Source: Syntrophales bacterium (GTDB lineage: Bacteria; Desulfobacterota; Syntrophia; Syntrophales; PHBD01). Taken from it: 64,000 nt of DNA. Of this stretch, positions 47,272-60,916 are shown piece by piece. The DNA lies in NCBI GenBank assembly GCA_963668175.1, contig OY764159.1, forward strand, positions 4,352,001 through 4,416,000, in the 5' to 3' direction. The notes below the pieces were generated by a model. The model was not told the DNA's origin. It ran no database searches and saw nothing but the letters and a program-made list of their open reading frames with translations. The position numbers and the translations under genes are program-made. How positions within the stretch are numbered: the stretch's first letter is position 1; every line of letters begins with the position of its first letter.

Positions 47272-47326
47272 TAAAATACACTCCCTTTAATCTTATTTGA
47301 AACCTCAATTAGAATACCTTGCAAGA

Positions 47327-48841
47327 TCAAGCCGCGACGAATACGGAATCGAATTCAGTCATGACATCCCGCATCTTCTTTTCCAGTTCCGGACTGATGA
47401 TCTTCTTATCATCGATCTCCTTCAGGATGTCGGGATACTTGCTTTTCACAAAACTGATCAGCTGAGGTTCATATTCCTTCAATTTTTCGACTTCGTATTT
47501 ATCCAGGAACCCCTTTGTGCCGGCAAACAGAATCGCAACCTGCTCTCCCAGGGACATGGGCTGGAACTGTGGTTGCTTCAGGATTTCGACGAGTCTGACG
47601 CCTCGGTCCAGCTGGGCCTGGGTCGCCTTGTCCAGGTCGCTGCCGAACTGGGCGAATGCCGCCAGTTCGCGGTATTGAGCAAGGTCCAGTTTCAATGTTC
47701 CGGCCACCTGTTTCATGGCCTTGACCTGGGCGGCGCCGCCGACGCGGGAAACCGACAGACCGACGTTGATGGCCGGACGGATACCCGAATAGAAGAGGCT
47801 CGGTTCAAGGTAAACCTGACCGTCGGTAATCGAAATAACGTTCGTTGGAATGTAGGCGGACACGTCGCCGGCCTGCGTTTCAATGATCGGCAGAGCCGTA
47901 AGGGACCCGCTGCCGAGTTCCTTGCTGACGCGGGCCGCGCGCTCCAGCAGACGCGAATGGTTGTAGAAAATGTCTCCAGGATAGGCCTCGCGCCCGGGAG
48001 GACGTCTCAGAAGCAGGGAGATCTGCCGGTAGGCAACGGCCTGTTTGGAAAGATCATCGTAGATAATCAAGGCGTCTTCGCTCTTGTCCCGGAAGTATTC
48101 GCCGATGCTGCATCCTGCGTATGCGGCGATGTACTGCAGGGTCGCCGGGTCGCTGGCGCAGGCGGAAACGACGCAGGTATAGGACATGGCGTCGTATTTT
48201 CTCAAATTTTCCACCACCTGGGCGACGGTCGATTTCTTCTGGCCGATGGCGACATAGATACATTTGACACCCGTATCTTTTTGCCTGAGGATGGAGTCTA
48301 TACAGATGGCCGTTTTCCCGATTTGCCGGTCGCCGATGACCAGTTCGCGCTGCCCGCGGCCGATCGGCGTCATGGCATCAACGGCCTTCAAACCCGTATA
48401 CATGGGCTGATTGACCGGCTGTCTTTGAATAACGCCGGGGGCGACCATCTCGATTCTGCGGAACTCGTTCGTTTCGATCGGCCCTTTGCCGTCAATCGGC
48501 TTTCCGGTGGCATCAATGACACGCCCGAGAACGGCTTCACCGACCGGCACCTGGGCGATTTTTCCCGTACGTTTGACGATATCGCCTTCCTTAATGTGGG
48601 TGACTTCGCCGAGAACGGCAACACCGACGTTGTCCGTTTCCAGGTTAAGAACCATGCCGAGGATTCCGCCGGGGAACTCGAGAAGCTCCATGGCCATCGC
48701 ATTTTCAACGCCATATACCCTGGCAATACCATCGCCGACGGACAGGACCGTACCGGTCTCGCTCACGTCGAGCTTCTTTTCATAGTCTTTGATCTGCTTG
48801 GATATAATTTGACTGATTTCTTCTGCCCTGATTGCGTCCAT
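47327..48841 (-). CDS. atpA: ATP synthase alpha subunit
   Basis: 'GDGIAR', 'GDRQIGKT', '[10 protein letters not shown]', 'ITDGQ'. Confidence 0.99.
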   Translation of the reverse strand: MDAIRAEEISQIISKQIKDYEKKLDVSETGTVLSVGDGIARVYGVENAMAMELLEFPGGILGMVLNLETDNVGVAVLGEVTHIKEGDIVKRTGKIAQVPVGEAVLGRVIDATGKPIDGKGPIETNEFRRIEMVAPGVIQRQPVNQPMYTGLKAVDAMTPIGRGQRELVIGDRQIGKTAICIDSILRQKDTGVKCIYVAIGQKKSTVAQVVENLRKYDAMSYTCVVSACASDPATLQYIAAYAGCSIGEYFRDKSEDALIIYDDLSKQAVAYRQISLLLRRPPGREAYPGDIFYNHSRLLERAARVSKELGSGSLTALPIIETQAGDVSAYIPTNVISITDGQVYLEPSLFYSGIRPAINVGLSVSRVGGAAQVKAMKQVAGTLKLDLAQYRELAAFAQFGSDLDKATQAQLDRGVRLVEILKQPQFQPMSLGEQVAILFAGTKGFLDKYEVEKLKEYEPQLISFVKSKYPDILKEIDDKKIISPELEKKMRDVMTEFDSVFVAA

Positions 48842-48844
48842 GCT

Positions 48845-49390
48845 TTATATCTCCTCCCCTAAGAGATTGTTTATATTGTTGAGTTGAGCCCTGATGCTTC
48901 CGTCATAAAGGGTATCGCCAACCCGAACGACGATTCCTCCCAGAAGAGATACATCTTCCGCGATGCTCATGTCCACCTGTTTTCCGGTCAGTTCCTCCAG
49001 CTTTTTCTGAAGCATGCCTTTCAATTCGGACGACAGCGGAAACGCAGTGCTGACACTCACCCTGACCCTCTTCAGTGTATCGTCCATGTAAATACGGTAA
49101 CAGTCCTCAATATCGGGCAGGATCCCGATCCTTCCCTTGTCAACGAGGAGATTGAGAAAGTTTGTCGTGATGGGAGACAGCTGAATTTTCTGCAGCAGCG
49201 AGGCGACAACGGATTTCTTATCGGCCTGGTCAAAGACAGGATTCGCAAGAAATTCCTTCAGGTCCGCGCTTTCTTTGATGATGCCTGAAAATTTATTCAG
49301 CTCGTCATAATACTTTTCGTATAGCCCTTCTTCTGCGGCTATCTCGAAAAAAGCCCTCGCATACCGCTTTGCAATATCGCTGCCGATCAA
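48845..49390 (-). CDS. atpH: ATP synthase delta subunit
   Basis: 'IAKRYARA', 'LLGGIVVRVGD..YDGS'. Confidence 0.96.
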   Translation of the reverse strand: MIGSDIAKRYARAFFEIAAEEGLYEKYYDELNKFSGIIKESADLKEFLANPVFDQADKKSVVASLLQKIQLSPITTNFLNLLVDKGRIGILPDIEDCYRIYMDDTLKRVRVSVSTAFPLSSELKGMLQKKLEELTGKQVDMSIAEDVSLLGGIVVRVGDTLYDGSIRAQLNNINNLLGEEI

Positions 49391-49995
49391 TGTTTGGTCA
49401 CCACCTTATCTAAGTATTCCCGAACCATGGCATCATGGTCAGCGGTCGTTATGCTTCTCTTTAAAATATCTTCGGCCATCTGTACCGATAGTTTCGCAGC
49501 TTCGAGCCTCAACTGGCTGCTTGCTTTCTTGAACTCCTGTTCCATTCTGGCCTGGGCATCTTCTTTGATCTTCGCGGCCGCCTTCTTGGCATCTTCGATG
49601 ATCCTTTCTTTCTCGATCAATCCCTGGGCCTTGATGGATTCGGCGATATCGGCGATTTCATCCGTGGCCTTTTCGAGCTTGGCGGCATACTCCTTATATT
49701 TGTTTTCGGCATCCGCCTTCGCTGCTGCGGCAGCTTCCAGAGAGGTCTTGATATTCTTTCTTCTCTCGACAAAGAATGACTTAAGCTTAGGGGCAAGCAT
49801 CCAATAAAGGAAGCCCATTAAAATGACAAAGTTGAGCGTGCGCCAGGCGAAATCCTTCCAGTTGGTCGCCTCTTCGTGACCGCCTCCGCCTTCGGCGTAT
49901 GCGCATACTGCCATAAATGTCACAAGCGAAAGAGGATAAACAACGCGGAGCAGTAATTGTTTCAGCAAATCCGTTTTATGAACCTTCGCACGCAT
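49387..49995 (-). CDS. atpF: ATP synthase F0 subunit b
   Basis: TM 'WRTLNFVIL' followed by a long coiled coil; operon position. Confidence 0.92.
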   Translation of the reverse strand: MRAKVHKTDLLKQLLLRVVYPLSLVTFMAVCAYAEGGGGHEEATNWKDFAWRTLNFVILMGFLYWMLAPKLKSFFVERRKNIKTSLEAAAAAKADAENKYKEYAAKLEKATDEIADIAESIKAQGLIEKERIIEDAKKAAAKIKEDAQARMEQEFKKASSQLRLEAAKLSVQMAEDILKRSITTADHDAMVREYLDKVVTKH

Positions 49996-50420
49996 TAGAC
50001 ACTCCTTCCCAGTACCTTTTCTGCAATCTCTTTGGATATTTTCTGGGATTGGCCGGTTAAGATCTTCCTGGCTTCCTCAACTTCTTTCGTCAGCTTCTCA
50101 TTAAAGCTTTCAATGATCTTGGGAATTTCACCCCTGACGGCATCAATGATGCCCTTCGCCTTTTCCGACCCTTCAGTCATGGCCTGGGTCTTGAGCTCCA
50201 TCGCTGCGAGCTTTGCCTGCCGGGACTTCTCCTCGTATTCGAGCATCTTCTTTTCGGCGTCCTCGTTAAGGCGTTTGATCTCTTCCTGAGAATCGTCAAA
50301 CTGCTTTTGTCTTTTTTCGATGATTCCCAAGATGGGTTTGTAAAGCAACAAATTGAGGATAAAGATTAAAAGAAGGAAATTGATGATCTGGAGTATTACG
50401 GTATAATCGATGCTGACCAC
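49995..50420 (-). CDS. ATP synthase F0 subunit b'
   Basis: 'QIINFLLLIFILNLLLYKPIL..IEKR', coiled coil, 'IAEKVLGR'. Confidence 0.92.
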   Translation of the reverse strand: MVSIDYTVILQIINFLLLIFILNLLLYKPILGIIEKRQKQFDDSQEEIKRLNEDAEKKMLEYEEKSRQAKLAAMELKTQAMTEGSEKAKGIIDAVRGEIPKIIESFNEKLTKEVEEARKILTGQSQKISKEIAEKVLGRSV

Positions 50421-50670
50421 GGCCCATTACCTCGTCTCGATGATAAAAAAAAACCGAGTGAAGATTCTTTATCCACCCGGCAAGTTCCATGTAGCAGCTT
50501 CCAACCTCAACACTTTTTTTCACCTCAGACGACCAGGGGAAAATATCCCCATAACTGAGCGAATACTAGGCGTTTCGCTAGTCTCCATCTGCAAAGGCGC
50601 GGTTTACTAATCATAACTCTCGCTCGTTGTCAAGCAGTTTTTGGGTGCTATTTTTCAATCCCATTACCCA

Positions 50671-51078
50671 TTATTTCTTCAGATGATCGGAAAGACTGCC
50701 AGTTCTGCTTTCCGCAGCGATATGCGTCCCGGCGGCATCGCTCACCATGCGTGAATAACCCTCGAAAATGCCTCCTTCTTCAATGGCAATCGACGAGGTT
50801 TTAATGTTGCCGAAGAGCCTGCCGGTTGCAAATATTTTAATTTTGTCCTTAACATCGATTGTCCCGATCACGTCGCCGCTGATGTACAGACTGCCGACGT
50901 CGATATCCGCCTTGATCTGGGCGCCTTCACCAATCACGAGTGTGCCCGTGCCAACGATTTCCCCGTCGAAATCACCATCAATCCGGATGGACCCCTCAAA
51001 ATTCAAATTGCCTTTGAATGATGATCCTCTTCCTAAAAAGGCTTCAATTTCGTTATTCCTTTTCTTACTGCCGAACAT
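50671..51078 (-). CDS. bactofilin (polymer-forming cytoskeletal protein)
   Basis: 'FKGNLNFEGSIRIDG.FDGEI', 'LVIGEGA', 'GNI...IAIEEGGIFEG'. Confidence 0.92.
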   Translation of the reverse strand: MFGSKKRNNEIEAFLGRGSSFKGNLNFEGSIRIDGDFDGEIVGTGTLVIGEGAQIKADIDVGSLYISGDVIGTIDVKDKIKIFATGRLFGNIKTSSIAIEEGGIFEGYSRMVSDAAGTHIAAESRTGSLSDHLKK

Positions 51079-51180
51079 AGCCGATAGCCTCCTTTGAATG
51101 ACTGGTTCGAAGACGGCTTTTCATCATCGCCGAAAAGTGCCGGGCATTGAGACTCGCTTCGGTTTTAGAACCGCTTTCGC

Positions 51181-52296
51181 TTATGCCTTGGGCTGAAGGA
51201 TAAACCTCCTCATACTGACATTCATCAACAATCCTATACTCGTCATCATGACAATCATGGAAGATCCTCCATAACTCAGGAAAGGAAGAGGAATGCCGAC
51301 AACAGGGAGTATGCCCAGAACCATTCCCATATTGATGAACAATTCCCAGAAAATGAATATGGTGATGCTGTAAGCGATCAAGGTGCCCAGATAATCCCGG
51401 GAATGTAGCGCTATCTTTAATCCCCAGAGTACGAGGGACAGAAAGAGAAAGACCAGGACCATTCCTCCCAGAAACCCCCACTCCTCCGCATAGACGGAAA
51501 AGATGAAATCGGTCTGCTGCTCCGGCAGAAATTTCAGCTGTGTCTGGGTCCCTTTTAAGAAACCTTTACCGAATATTCCACCCGAACCGATAGCGATCAT
51601 GGATTGAATAATATGGTAGCCCGAACCGAGAGGGTCCCTCTCCGGCGACAGGAACGTCAGAATCCGCTCCTTCTGATAATCCTTGAGAAAGAACCACGTC
51701 AATGGGGCCAGCAAAAGACATACGGATGAACCGATGAACAGCGATTTCCATTTGATGCCGATGAAGAAACTCAGGGACACGAAGATAATCAGCAAAACGA
51801 GAGCCGTTCCCAGGTCAGGCTGCTTCATAATCAATAAAAACGGCACGGCCGTGATAGCCATAGGGATGGCAAGGTCTCTCAGCCGGTAAGACTCGCTGGC
51901 CTTGTAATCGTCAAAATACCGGGCCAGAGCGAGAATAAGTGTCAGTTTCATCAATTCCGAAGGCTGGAGGGAAAATCCGGGAAGAGAAATCCAGCGCTGC
52001 GACCCGCGGGCTTCATTGCCGATCAAAAAGACCGCAATGAGCAGGATCAAGGAACCTCCGTATATCAAATACGCATAACGGGAAATGGATCGGTAATCTA
52101 TACTGAACGCGACAATCATGAAGACCAGGCCCAGCGCTATCCATTGCGCCTGCTTGATATAGAGGGGCGTCTGCCTCATATCCCCGAAACTGAAGCCGGT
52201 ACTGTAGATGTTCAGGAGCCCTATGACGCTGATCGATATGACGATCGCCAGGAGGGTCCAGTCGAAATTTAAGAAAAGGCGGCGGTCTATTTTCAT
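51181..52296 (-). CDS. rodA: rod shape-determining protein RodA
   Basis: 'GSQRWI', 'QPSELMK', 'QPDLGT', 'GYHIIQS', 'PEQQTDFIF', 'PFLSYGGS'. Confidence 0.97.
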   Translation of the reverse strand: MKIDRRLFLNFDWTLLAIVISISVIGLLNIYSTGFSFGDMRQTPLYIKQAQWIALGLVFMIVAFSIDYRSISRYAYLIYGGSLILLIAVFLIGNEARGSQRWISLPGFSLQPSELMKLTLILALARYFDDYKASESYRLRDLAIPMAITAVPFLLIMKQPDLGTALVLLIIFVSLSFFIGIKWKSLFIGSSVCLLLAPLTWFFLKDYQKERILTFLSPERDPLGSGYHIIQSMIAIGSGGIFGKGFLKGTQTQLKFLPEQQTDFIFSVYAEEWGFLGGMVLVFLFLSLVLWGLKIALHSRDYLGTLIAYSITIFIFWELFINMGMVLGILPVVGIPLPFLSYGGSSMIVMMTSIGLLMNVSMRRFILQPKA

Positions 52297-52314
52297 CAAA
52301 CCTCCGATACCCGT

Positions 52315-54210
52315 CTACTGCCCGCCGGCAGCATGTTCACCTGCATTTTTGACAATCGGCTGCTTCATCTGCGGATTCTGTTTTTTCTGAAAATAGGCAT
52401 CGACAATTTTTCTTGCCACGGGCCCTGCCGCCGATCCGCCGTGGCCCGCATTCTCGGCGATAACGGCGATGGCGATCTCCGGATTTTTGTACGGCGCGTA
52501 GCAGACAAAAAGGGCGTGATCGCGGAATCTTGCGCCGATGGCCTTGTTTTTTCGCGATTTCTCATCTTCGGGCAACCCGATGACCTGAGCCGTACCGGTC
52601 TTACCGCTGACATCGGCTTCTTTCCTTCTCAAGGCCGAACCCGTACCCCCGCTCTCATTGACGACCCCCCAGAGCGCCCGCTTCAGGATATCCATATTTT
52701 CCGGACTGATCTTTAACATCGACAGCTTTTCGGGGGGAAATGTTTTGACGATCTGACCGTCGACCGATTCAATCTGCTTGACAATCCTGGGTCGCCAGAC
52801 GGTCCCTCCATTGGCCAGGGTAGCATATGCGTTCGCCAACTGCAGCGGCGTTACCGTATTGAAGCCCTGACCGATGGAGATGGAGATGGTTTCACCCAAC
52901 TGCCAGGGAATCTTGAACCGGCCCAGTTTCCATTTCTTGGTAGGGATCAGGCCGCTCTTTTCCCGGGGAAGGTCCACGCCGGTCGGGGCTCCGAATCCAA
53001 ATGCGCGGGCGTATTCGGCAATCGTGTCCACCCCGAGGAGTTTCCCGACATTATAGAAATAAACGTCGCAGGACTCGACAAGGGCTCGGTGAAGGCTGAT
53101 CCTGCCGTGGCCCTTCTTGCTCCAGCAGCGGTAGGTCCGGTTGCCCAATTCAAAATAACCCGGGCAGTTGAAGGAGGTGGACGGCTCCACGATTCCTTCT
53201 TCGAGGGCCGCAGCGGCAACGACGAGTTTATAGGTTGAACCGGGAGGATACTGTCCAGATATAGCCCTGTTTTCAAGGGGATGATATGGATCGGTGGACA
53301 ACTTCTTCCAATCCTTGGGCGAGATGCCGCCGCGAAAGAGATTCGGATCGAAGGACGGTGAGCTGACCAAAGCGAGAATGGAACCGTCGCGCACATCCAG
53401 GACAACCACGGCTCCCGGCTTGCCTTCCAGCGCATTCCAGGCCGTCTCCTGAAGGAAGGCATCGATCGTAAGAACCACATTATTCCCCGATACCGGAACG
53501 ATTTTTCCGATAACCCTGATTTCCTTCCCGACGACATTGACCTCTACCTGCTCCGCACCGTTCTTTCCGCGAAGATACGCATCGAGATATTTTTCGATGC
53601 CGTATTTACCCACCATATCACCGCCGGTATACTGACTATTGTTGTCCCTTTCCAATTCCTCCGGGCTCACTTCGCCCATATAGCCGATGACATGGGACAT
53701 TTTTTCTCCGCCGAGGTACTGTCTCACGGGAACGATGTCGGAAACGACACCCGGCAGTTCCAGGGCATGCGATTCTATCAGCGCCAACTTCTCCCGGCTG
53801 ACATTTTTTTCGATTTTTATCGGCTCTATGGATCGTTGCCTTTTGGTCAACAGAATCTCCGGAGAAAAAGGCAGGGATCGCTCGGCATAGATGCTTTCCA
53901 ATCGCTTCGCCACGTCCTGAACGTTTTTCGCCTGGTTGGGTACGAAGAGGATATCGAAGGACGGCTGGTTATCGACGAGAACATTGCGGTTCGTATCCAT
54001 AATAACGCCCCTGATTGCCCTGATGGTTCTCAACCGGACGCTGTTGCTCTCCGAGCGATGGCCCATCTCATCCCCTTTGATGACCTGGAGGTACCACATC
54101 CGGACCACCAGAACCATTAACATGACGGTAACAAAGACGATGAGGATCCTGAATCTCGACCGGTATTCACCGGGTTCATGACCATTAAGCCGACCGACGG
54201 ACTCCGCCAT
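52315..54210 (-). CDS. mrdA: penicillin-binding protein 2
   Basis: 'PPGSTYK' (SxxK), 'SCDVYFY', 'KTGTAQ'; mre operon context. Confidence 0.96.
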   Translation of the reverse strand: MAESVGRLNGHEPGEYRSRFRILIVFVTVMLMVLVVRMWYLQVIKGDEMGHRSESNSVRLRTIRAIRGVIMDTNRNVLVDNQPSFDILFVPNQAKNVQDVAKRLESIYAERSLPFSPEILLTKRQRSIEPIKIEKNVSREKLALIESHALELPGVVSDIVPVRQYLGGEKMSHVIGYMGEVSPEELERDNNSQYTGGDMVGKYGIEKYLDAYLRGKNGAEQVEVNVVGKEIRVIGKIVPVSGNNVVLTIDAFLQETAWNALEGKPGAVVVLDVRDGSILALVSSPSFDPNLFRGGISPKDWKKLSTDPYHPLENRAISGQYPPGSTYKLVVAAAALEEGIVEPSTSFNCPGYFELGNRTYRCWSKKGHGRISLHRALVESCDVYFYNVGKLLGVDTIAEYARAFGFGAPTGVDLPREKSGLIPTKKWKLGRFKIPWQLGETISISIGQGFNTVTPLQLANAYATLANGGTVWRPRIVKQIESVDGQIVKTFPPEKLSMLKISPENMDILKRALWGVVNESGGTGSALRRKEADVSGKTGTAQVIGLPEDEKSRKNKAIGARFRDHALFVCYAPYKNPEIAIAVIAENAGHGGSAAGPVARKIVDAYFQKKQNPQMKQPIVKNAGEHAAGGQ

Positions 54211-54688
54211 GGAACCATTCCTCAAACCGATGACACAGCGTAAAAAAAGCCGGGCTTATCAGGCTCAGAATAACCGCCTGGGGAAGATAGATCGACAGTC
54301 CGGCGACAAGGACATTGGCATCAAAAATCAATTGATAGATAAGCACCAGGGCCAGCATCTTGACGACGGTACATACCATCGTAAAAGCCATGATGAAAGT
54401 GATCTTGGTTTTGTAAACCCGCGGAGCAACCTGCATGGTAACGAAAAACATAACGACATAGATCATCGTGTAAATCCCGGTGACGGAAGCAGTCAGTGAA
54501 TCCAGCATAAATCCGAGTACAAAACTCATGAGGCAGCCTTTCCATGTATCCATGTAAAGACCGGCATAGATCACACACAGAAAAGTTATTTCGAGGCTAA
54601 TTGTATTGAACAGCAACGCTTCCAGAATGGATGTCTGAAATATAACCAGCAGTAAAGCCAATACAGGCAAGGTGAAATAATAAATCAC
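54185..54688 (-). CDS. mreD: rod shape-determining protein MreD
   Basis: Small polytopic membrane protein ('LGFMLD') between mreC and mrdA; GTG start inferred. Confidence 0.8.
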   Translation of the reverse strand: MIYYFTLPVLALLLVIFQTSILEALLFNTISLEITFLCVIYAGLYMDTWKGCLMSFVLGFMLDSLTASVTGIYTMIYVVMFFVTMQVAPRVYKTKITFIMAFTMVCTVVKMLALVLIYQLIFDANVLVAGLSIYLPQAVILSLISPAFFTLCHRFEEWFHGGVRRSA

Positions 54689-54851
54689 AAGCCGACCCCA
54701 TTGGAAGACCGGTAAGCTGCCATAGACGGCTGAACACACAAAATCCCGTCCGAAAAAGGACCATTTGAATGCCGCAGAGAGAATGGAGAAGCATTCTTTC
54801 TGAACAAAGTGGAATGGCTCCCCGGAGTATTGCTTTCTTCTTCGTTAACCA

Positions 54852-55673
54852 TCATGGTTCCTTTGCTTTTCCGAGGACGAGAACCTCTTCCAGCGACGAA
54901 AAATCGACGGCGGGCGTGACAATGATCTTCTGAAACAGACCGCCTTCCTTTTTGTCTACGCGATTCACGGTCCCCAGAAGCAACCCTTTGGGGAAGACGC
55001 CGGCGATTCCTGATGAGATGACAACGTCACCGGCCTTGATATCTTCAAGCGTGCTGACATACTTGAGATGGCATCCGGAAACACCGGACCCTTGGAGAAT
55101 TCCTTGCGCTCTGCTGGCCTGGAGGGCGGCATCGATATTGCTCTTCTCGTCGATCAGAAGCAGGACTCTGGCCGTATGCCACGACGTCTCAATGATGCGG
55201 CCGACGACGCCCCGATCGGATATGACGGGCAAACCCACCTTGATTCCATTGGCCGATCCCCGGTTGATCAGGATCGTTTTGAACAGCGACGCCTGATTCT
55301 GGTCGATCACCCTGGCGGCAATGCCGTTACGGTCGACATTCTCCTTCAAGGCAAGCAGTTTTTGCAGACGCTGGGCCTCAAGATATCCTTCCTGGTACTG
55401 AATCAGCCTTTCCTGCAGGAGTCTGTTTTCTTTCTTAAGGCGGGTGTTTTCCTCTCCCAGCCCTATCAGGAAGATATACCGTTTCCAGGCATCGCGTAAA
55501 GTGAACAGACCGCCTGTAATTCCATCCTCCAAAGGATAAGCCGTTTCAAGAACGAGTTTTCTTATGAAACTGTTTTCAAACGGCCTTTTAACACTGAACG
55601 TGAGGATTATCAGAGAAAGGACGATGAAGATGGATACCACGACGATCGGCTGATTTTTCTTTGGGAATAGCAT
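54852..55673 (-). CDS. mreC: rod shape-determining protein MreC
   Basis: TM, coiled coil 'ENTRLKKEN', 'INRGS..GI', 'GVVGRI', 'SSG..GVFPKGL'. Confidence 0.96.
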   Translation of the reverse strand: MLFPKKNQPIVVVSIFIVLSLIILTFSVKRPFENSFIRKLVLETAYPLEDGITGGLFTLRDAWKRYIFLIGLGEENTRLKKENRLLQERLIQYQEGYLEAQRLQKLLALKENVDRNGIAARVIDQNQASLFKTILINRGSANGIKVGLPVISDRGVVGRIIETSWHTARVLLLIDEKSNIDAALQASRAQGILQGSGVSGCHLKYVSTLEDIKAGDVVISSGIAGVFPKGLLLGTVNRVDKKEGGLFQKIIVTPAVDFSSLEEVLVLGKAKEP

Positions 55674-55773
55674 CTCTTTCCTGCAAGGATGTCTCTGGGA
55701 AACAACCCTTCAGGGAGCGCCCCTGAAACGGTCTATGGGTTAACGATCATCCGGATTTGACGAAACCATACAA

Positions 55774-56883
<1,110 letters not shown>

Positions 56884-57177
56884 TTATTTTTATAGCCTAA
56901 TCAAACACTTTTTCAAAGCACAAGCCCGGCTTCGATCTGTCGCGATAACCCGGACCTTGTCCTTTCCTCTCTTATCCGGGATTTTGACCTAAAAAGAGGT
57001 ATCATGTGTACTTTCCGCCAGGCATCGTCTTTATATATCTTCAAAGATGAATTGGGAACGGAGAAAAGACGGACAAGCGAGCCTCCCTGGGATAAACAGA
57101 GAGATGACAGCCGCCATGGAGAATACATCCATCGACCATGTCTCTCGACCGGCATGTGCAGCGGTTATGTCCGTCCT

Positions 57178-58449
<1,272 letters not shown>

Positions 58450-58452
58450 ATG

Positions 58453-59265
58453 TCACACATCCTTTCTTTGAACACGGTTTAATAACGGTGCCAGGTGGTT
58501 CGTAGGACCATGACCGGCGCCTATGCGAAGCGCATGCATCACTGCCTCGGTGATATACGCTTTGGCTTCTCTCACTGCCACGGCGAGCGTTAGTCCACTC
58601 GCGAGGAAGGTCGCGATCGCGGCGGAATAGGTACAACCCGTCCCGTGCGTGTCTTTGGTGTCGATCCGACGGGAGGTGAATTCGTGCCAGGCCGTCCCGT
58701 CATAGAGGACGTCCGTTGCTTCCCCGGCCAAGTGTCCCCCTTTGATCAGGACCGCACGTGCTCCTATTTGATGAATCGCTGCGGCGGCTTTTCTCATATC
58801 CTCAACCGTCTTGATTTCCACGCCCGTGATTTCTTCCGCTTCGGGTATATTCGGCGTAATCAAAAAAGCAAGGGGAAGCAATTCCCGTATAAGGGTCGCC
58901 TTGGCTTCGTCCCGGATCAGCGACCGCCCCCCTTTTGCCACCATGACAGGATCGACTACCAGTATATCGATCTTATACTGGCGGATTTTATCGGCCACTG
59001 CCTTGATAATTGTTGAATTGGCCATCATGCCCGTCTTGGCCGCATCCACGCCGATATCGGAGGCGACGGCATCGAACTGGCTTTTCACAAACTCAGGAGG
59101 AACTTCGTGAACATCCGTGACCCCCAGAGTATTCTGGGCCGTCAGCGCCGTTACGACAGTCATCCCGAAACCTCCCAGGACCGTGATCGTTTTCAGATCG
59201 GCCTGGATACCGGCGCCGCCCCCGGAGTCGGAGCCGGCAATACTTAATATCCTCTTCGGTTTCAT
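58453..59265 (-). CDS. thiD: hydroxymethylpyrimidine/phosphomethylpyrimidine kinase
   Basis: '[18 protein letters not shown]', 'VDPVM', 'TPNIPEAE', 'KGGH', 'THGTGCT'. Confidence 0.97.
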   Translation of the reverse strand: MKPKRILSIAGSDSGGGAGIQADLKTITVLGGFGMTVVTALTAQNTLGVTDVHEVPPEFVKSQFDAVASDIGVDAAKTGMMANSTIIKAVADKIRQYKIDILVVDPVMVAKGGRSLIRDEAKATLIRELLPLAFLITPNIPEAEEITGVEIKTVEDMRKAAAAIHQIGARAVLIKGGHLAGEATDVLYDGTAWHEFTSRRIDTKDTHGTGCTYSAAIATFLASGLTLAVAVREAKAYITEAVMHALRIGAGHGPTNHLAPLLNRVQRKDV

Positions 59266-59942
59266 AATTCCTGCTCCGCTGCCGGGAATATGCCCGGTTT
59301 ATAGTACCGAATGCCCAGGAGATAGCCCGACTTGACGGCGATCAGACCCTGGGCCGCCTTAAGGCGATTGCTGATTCCCACGGGATGCCCCAGTTTCATC
59401 ACCCCTCCCTCCATAGGGTATTCGAAGCCCTCCAGCGTGATGCCTTCGACAGACAACGTGAGGGGAAAGAAGGATACCGTCTGCCCTACTTCACCTTCGA
59501 GCCTGTAATTCTTGTGTACCAGAAAAATGTCGCCCCATTCGTTGACCAGAGCGACGGGGATCCCTTTTTCGGCGCCGGAGACAAGCAGGGAGATATTGGC
59601 CAGGGTATGGTCAAGCCGCCCTCCGGTCGCGCCGAAGATGTGGATCGATTCCGGTTCCTGCAGGAAGGCATACGCGAGGGCCAGTTCCGTGTCGGTCTCA
59701 TCCTTCCGCTCGGGATAACGGATGAAGCGGCAACCTTCTTCCTCAAAAAAGCGCATTAATTCAAGGCCAAGGGAATCCATATCGCCGATGATCGCTTCCG
59801 GCACCAAGCCGAGGCGATACAGATGAAGGGCGCCGCGATCGGCGCAGATCAGATCCGATCGTTCTGCAAAGGCAAGGCGGTCTTTCAGAAATAAAGGGTC
59901 CCGGATTTCTCCGCCGGAAATGATAAAAATTCTCTTTTTCAA
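59262..59942 (-). CDS. thiN: thiamine diphosphokinase
   Basis: 'CADRGA', 'IGDMDS', '[10 protein letters not shown]', 'GATGGRLDH', 'GFEYP', 'GISN'; TTG start inferred. Confidence 0.92.
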   Translation of the reverse strand: MKKRIFIISGGEIRDPLFLKDRLAFAERSDLICADRGALHLYRLGLVPEAIIGDMDSLGLELMRFFEEEGCRFIRYPERKDETDTELALAYAFLQEPESIHIFGATGGRLDHTLANISLLVSGAEKGIPVALVNEWGDIFLVHKNYRLEGEVGQTVSFFPLTLSVEGITLEGFEYPMEGGVMKLGHPVGISNRLKAAQGLIAVKSGYLLGIRYYKPGIFPAAEQEL

Positions 59943-59954
59943 AGGACAACGCTC

Positions 59955-59991
59955 AAAAAAAAAGGCCATTTCCCCGATCCGGTTATGGCCC
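59955..59991 (-). terminator. TPP riboswitch attenuator terminator
   Basis: Minus strand GGCCAT...ATGGCC followed by T9. Confidence 0.75.
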
Positions 59992-60012
59992 ATTAAAGTT
60001 TTATTCTGGCTG

Positions 60013-60083
60013 CCACTCCCTGCGCCGGCATTATCCGGATCAGGTTCAAAGGGTATCTTCTCAGCCGGATCGGCACCCCTGTA
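60013..60083 (-). ncRNA. TPP riboswitch
   Basis: Minus strand 'AGGGGTGCC...GGCTGAGA...ACCCTTTGAACCTGATCCGGATAATGCCGGCGCAGGGAG'; upstream of thi genes. Confidence 0.96.
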
Positions 60084-60115
60084 TGAATGATTGTTATCTT
60101 ATGCCTCGAAGGAAA

Positions 60116-60904
60116 TCAATGATAATTTGTATTTATCGAATCGCGAATCCCGAAGAGGGTTTTGGCGTTTTCGGACGTTATCCGTTCCACGTCTTCCGTG
60201 GATATTTTCTTTATTTCCGATATTTTACGGGCCGTATGGACGACATAGGCCGGCTCGTTGCGGCTGCCCCTGTGAGGCTGAGGCGTCAGGAAGGGGCAAT
60301 CGGTCTCCACCAGAATTCGCTCCATGGGAACATATCGCACAACCTCCGTTATCCTCGCCGCCTTGGGGTAAGTGACCGGCCCGGGAATGGAAATATAAAA
60401 ACCCATATCGAGACACTGCTTGGCCATGACCGTATCGCCGGAGAAGCAGTGGATGACACCGCCCCGCTCCCGTTTTCCGGCCTTCAAAATCTGCACGGTT
60501 TCCTCATGGGCGTCGCGATCATGAATGATGACGGGAAGCTGCAACTCACCGGCTATCTCAAGCTGCTCTCCAAAACGGCGGATCTGTATCTGCCGCGGAG
60601 AACGGTTGCGGTAAAAATCGAGTCCGATTTCTCCTAAAGCCACGACTTTATCGCAAAGCGCCAGTGTCTTGAGCGTCCGATAGGTATTACCGTCAATCCC
60701 TTTGACATCGTGAGGGTGGATGCCGATGGCGGCATATACCTCCTGATATTTCTCGGACAGCGAAACGGCCTTATGGCAATCCTCCAGGTTGGTCCCGACG
60801 GTGATGATGATGCCGATTCCGGCCTGCCTGGCTCGCGCCAGGACGTCATCCCGGTCATGTTCGAAATCCCCCATCTCCAGATGGGCATGCGAATCGATGA
60901 GCAT
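60116..60904 (-). CDS. tatD: TatD family hydrolase
   Basis: 'IDSHAH', 'GIHPH', 'GEIGLD', 'IIHDR', 'HCFSG', 'ETDCPFL', 'RNEP'. Confidence 0.96.
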   Translation of the reverse strand: MLIDSHAHLEMGDFEHDRDDVLARARQAGIGIIITVGTNLEDCHKAVSLSEKYQEVYAAIGIHPHDVKGIDGNTYRTLKTLALCDKVVALGEIGLDFYRNRSPRQIQIRRFGEQLEIAGELQLPVIIHDRDAHEETVQILKAGKRERGGVIHCFSGDTVMAKQCLDMGFYISIPGPVTYPKAARITEVVRYVPMERILVETDCPFLTPQPHRGSRNEPAYVVHTARKISEIKKISTEDVERITSENAKTLFGIRDSINTNYH

Positions 60905-60916
60905 GTCGGGTATTCC

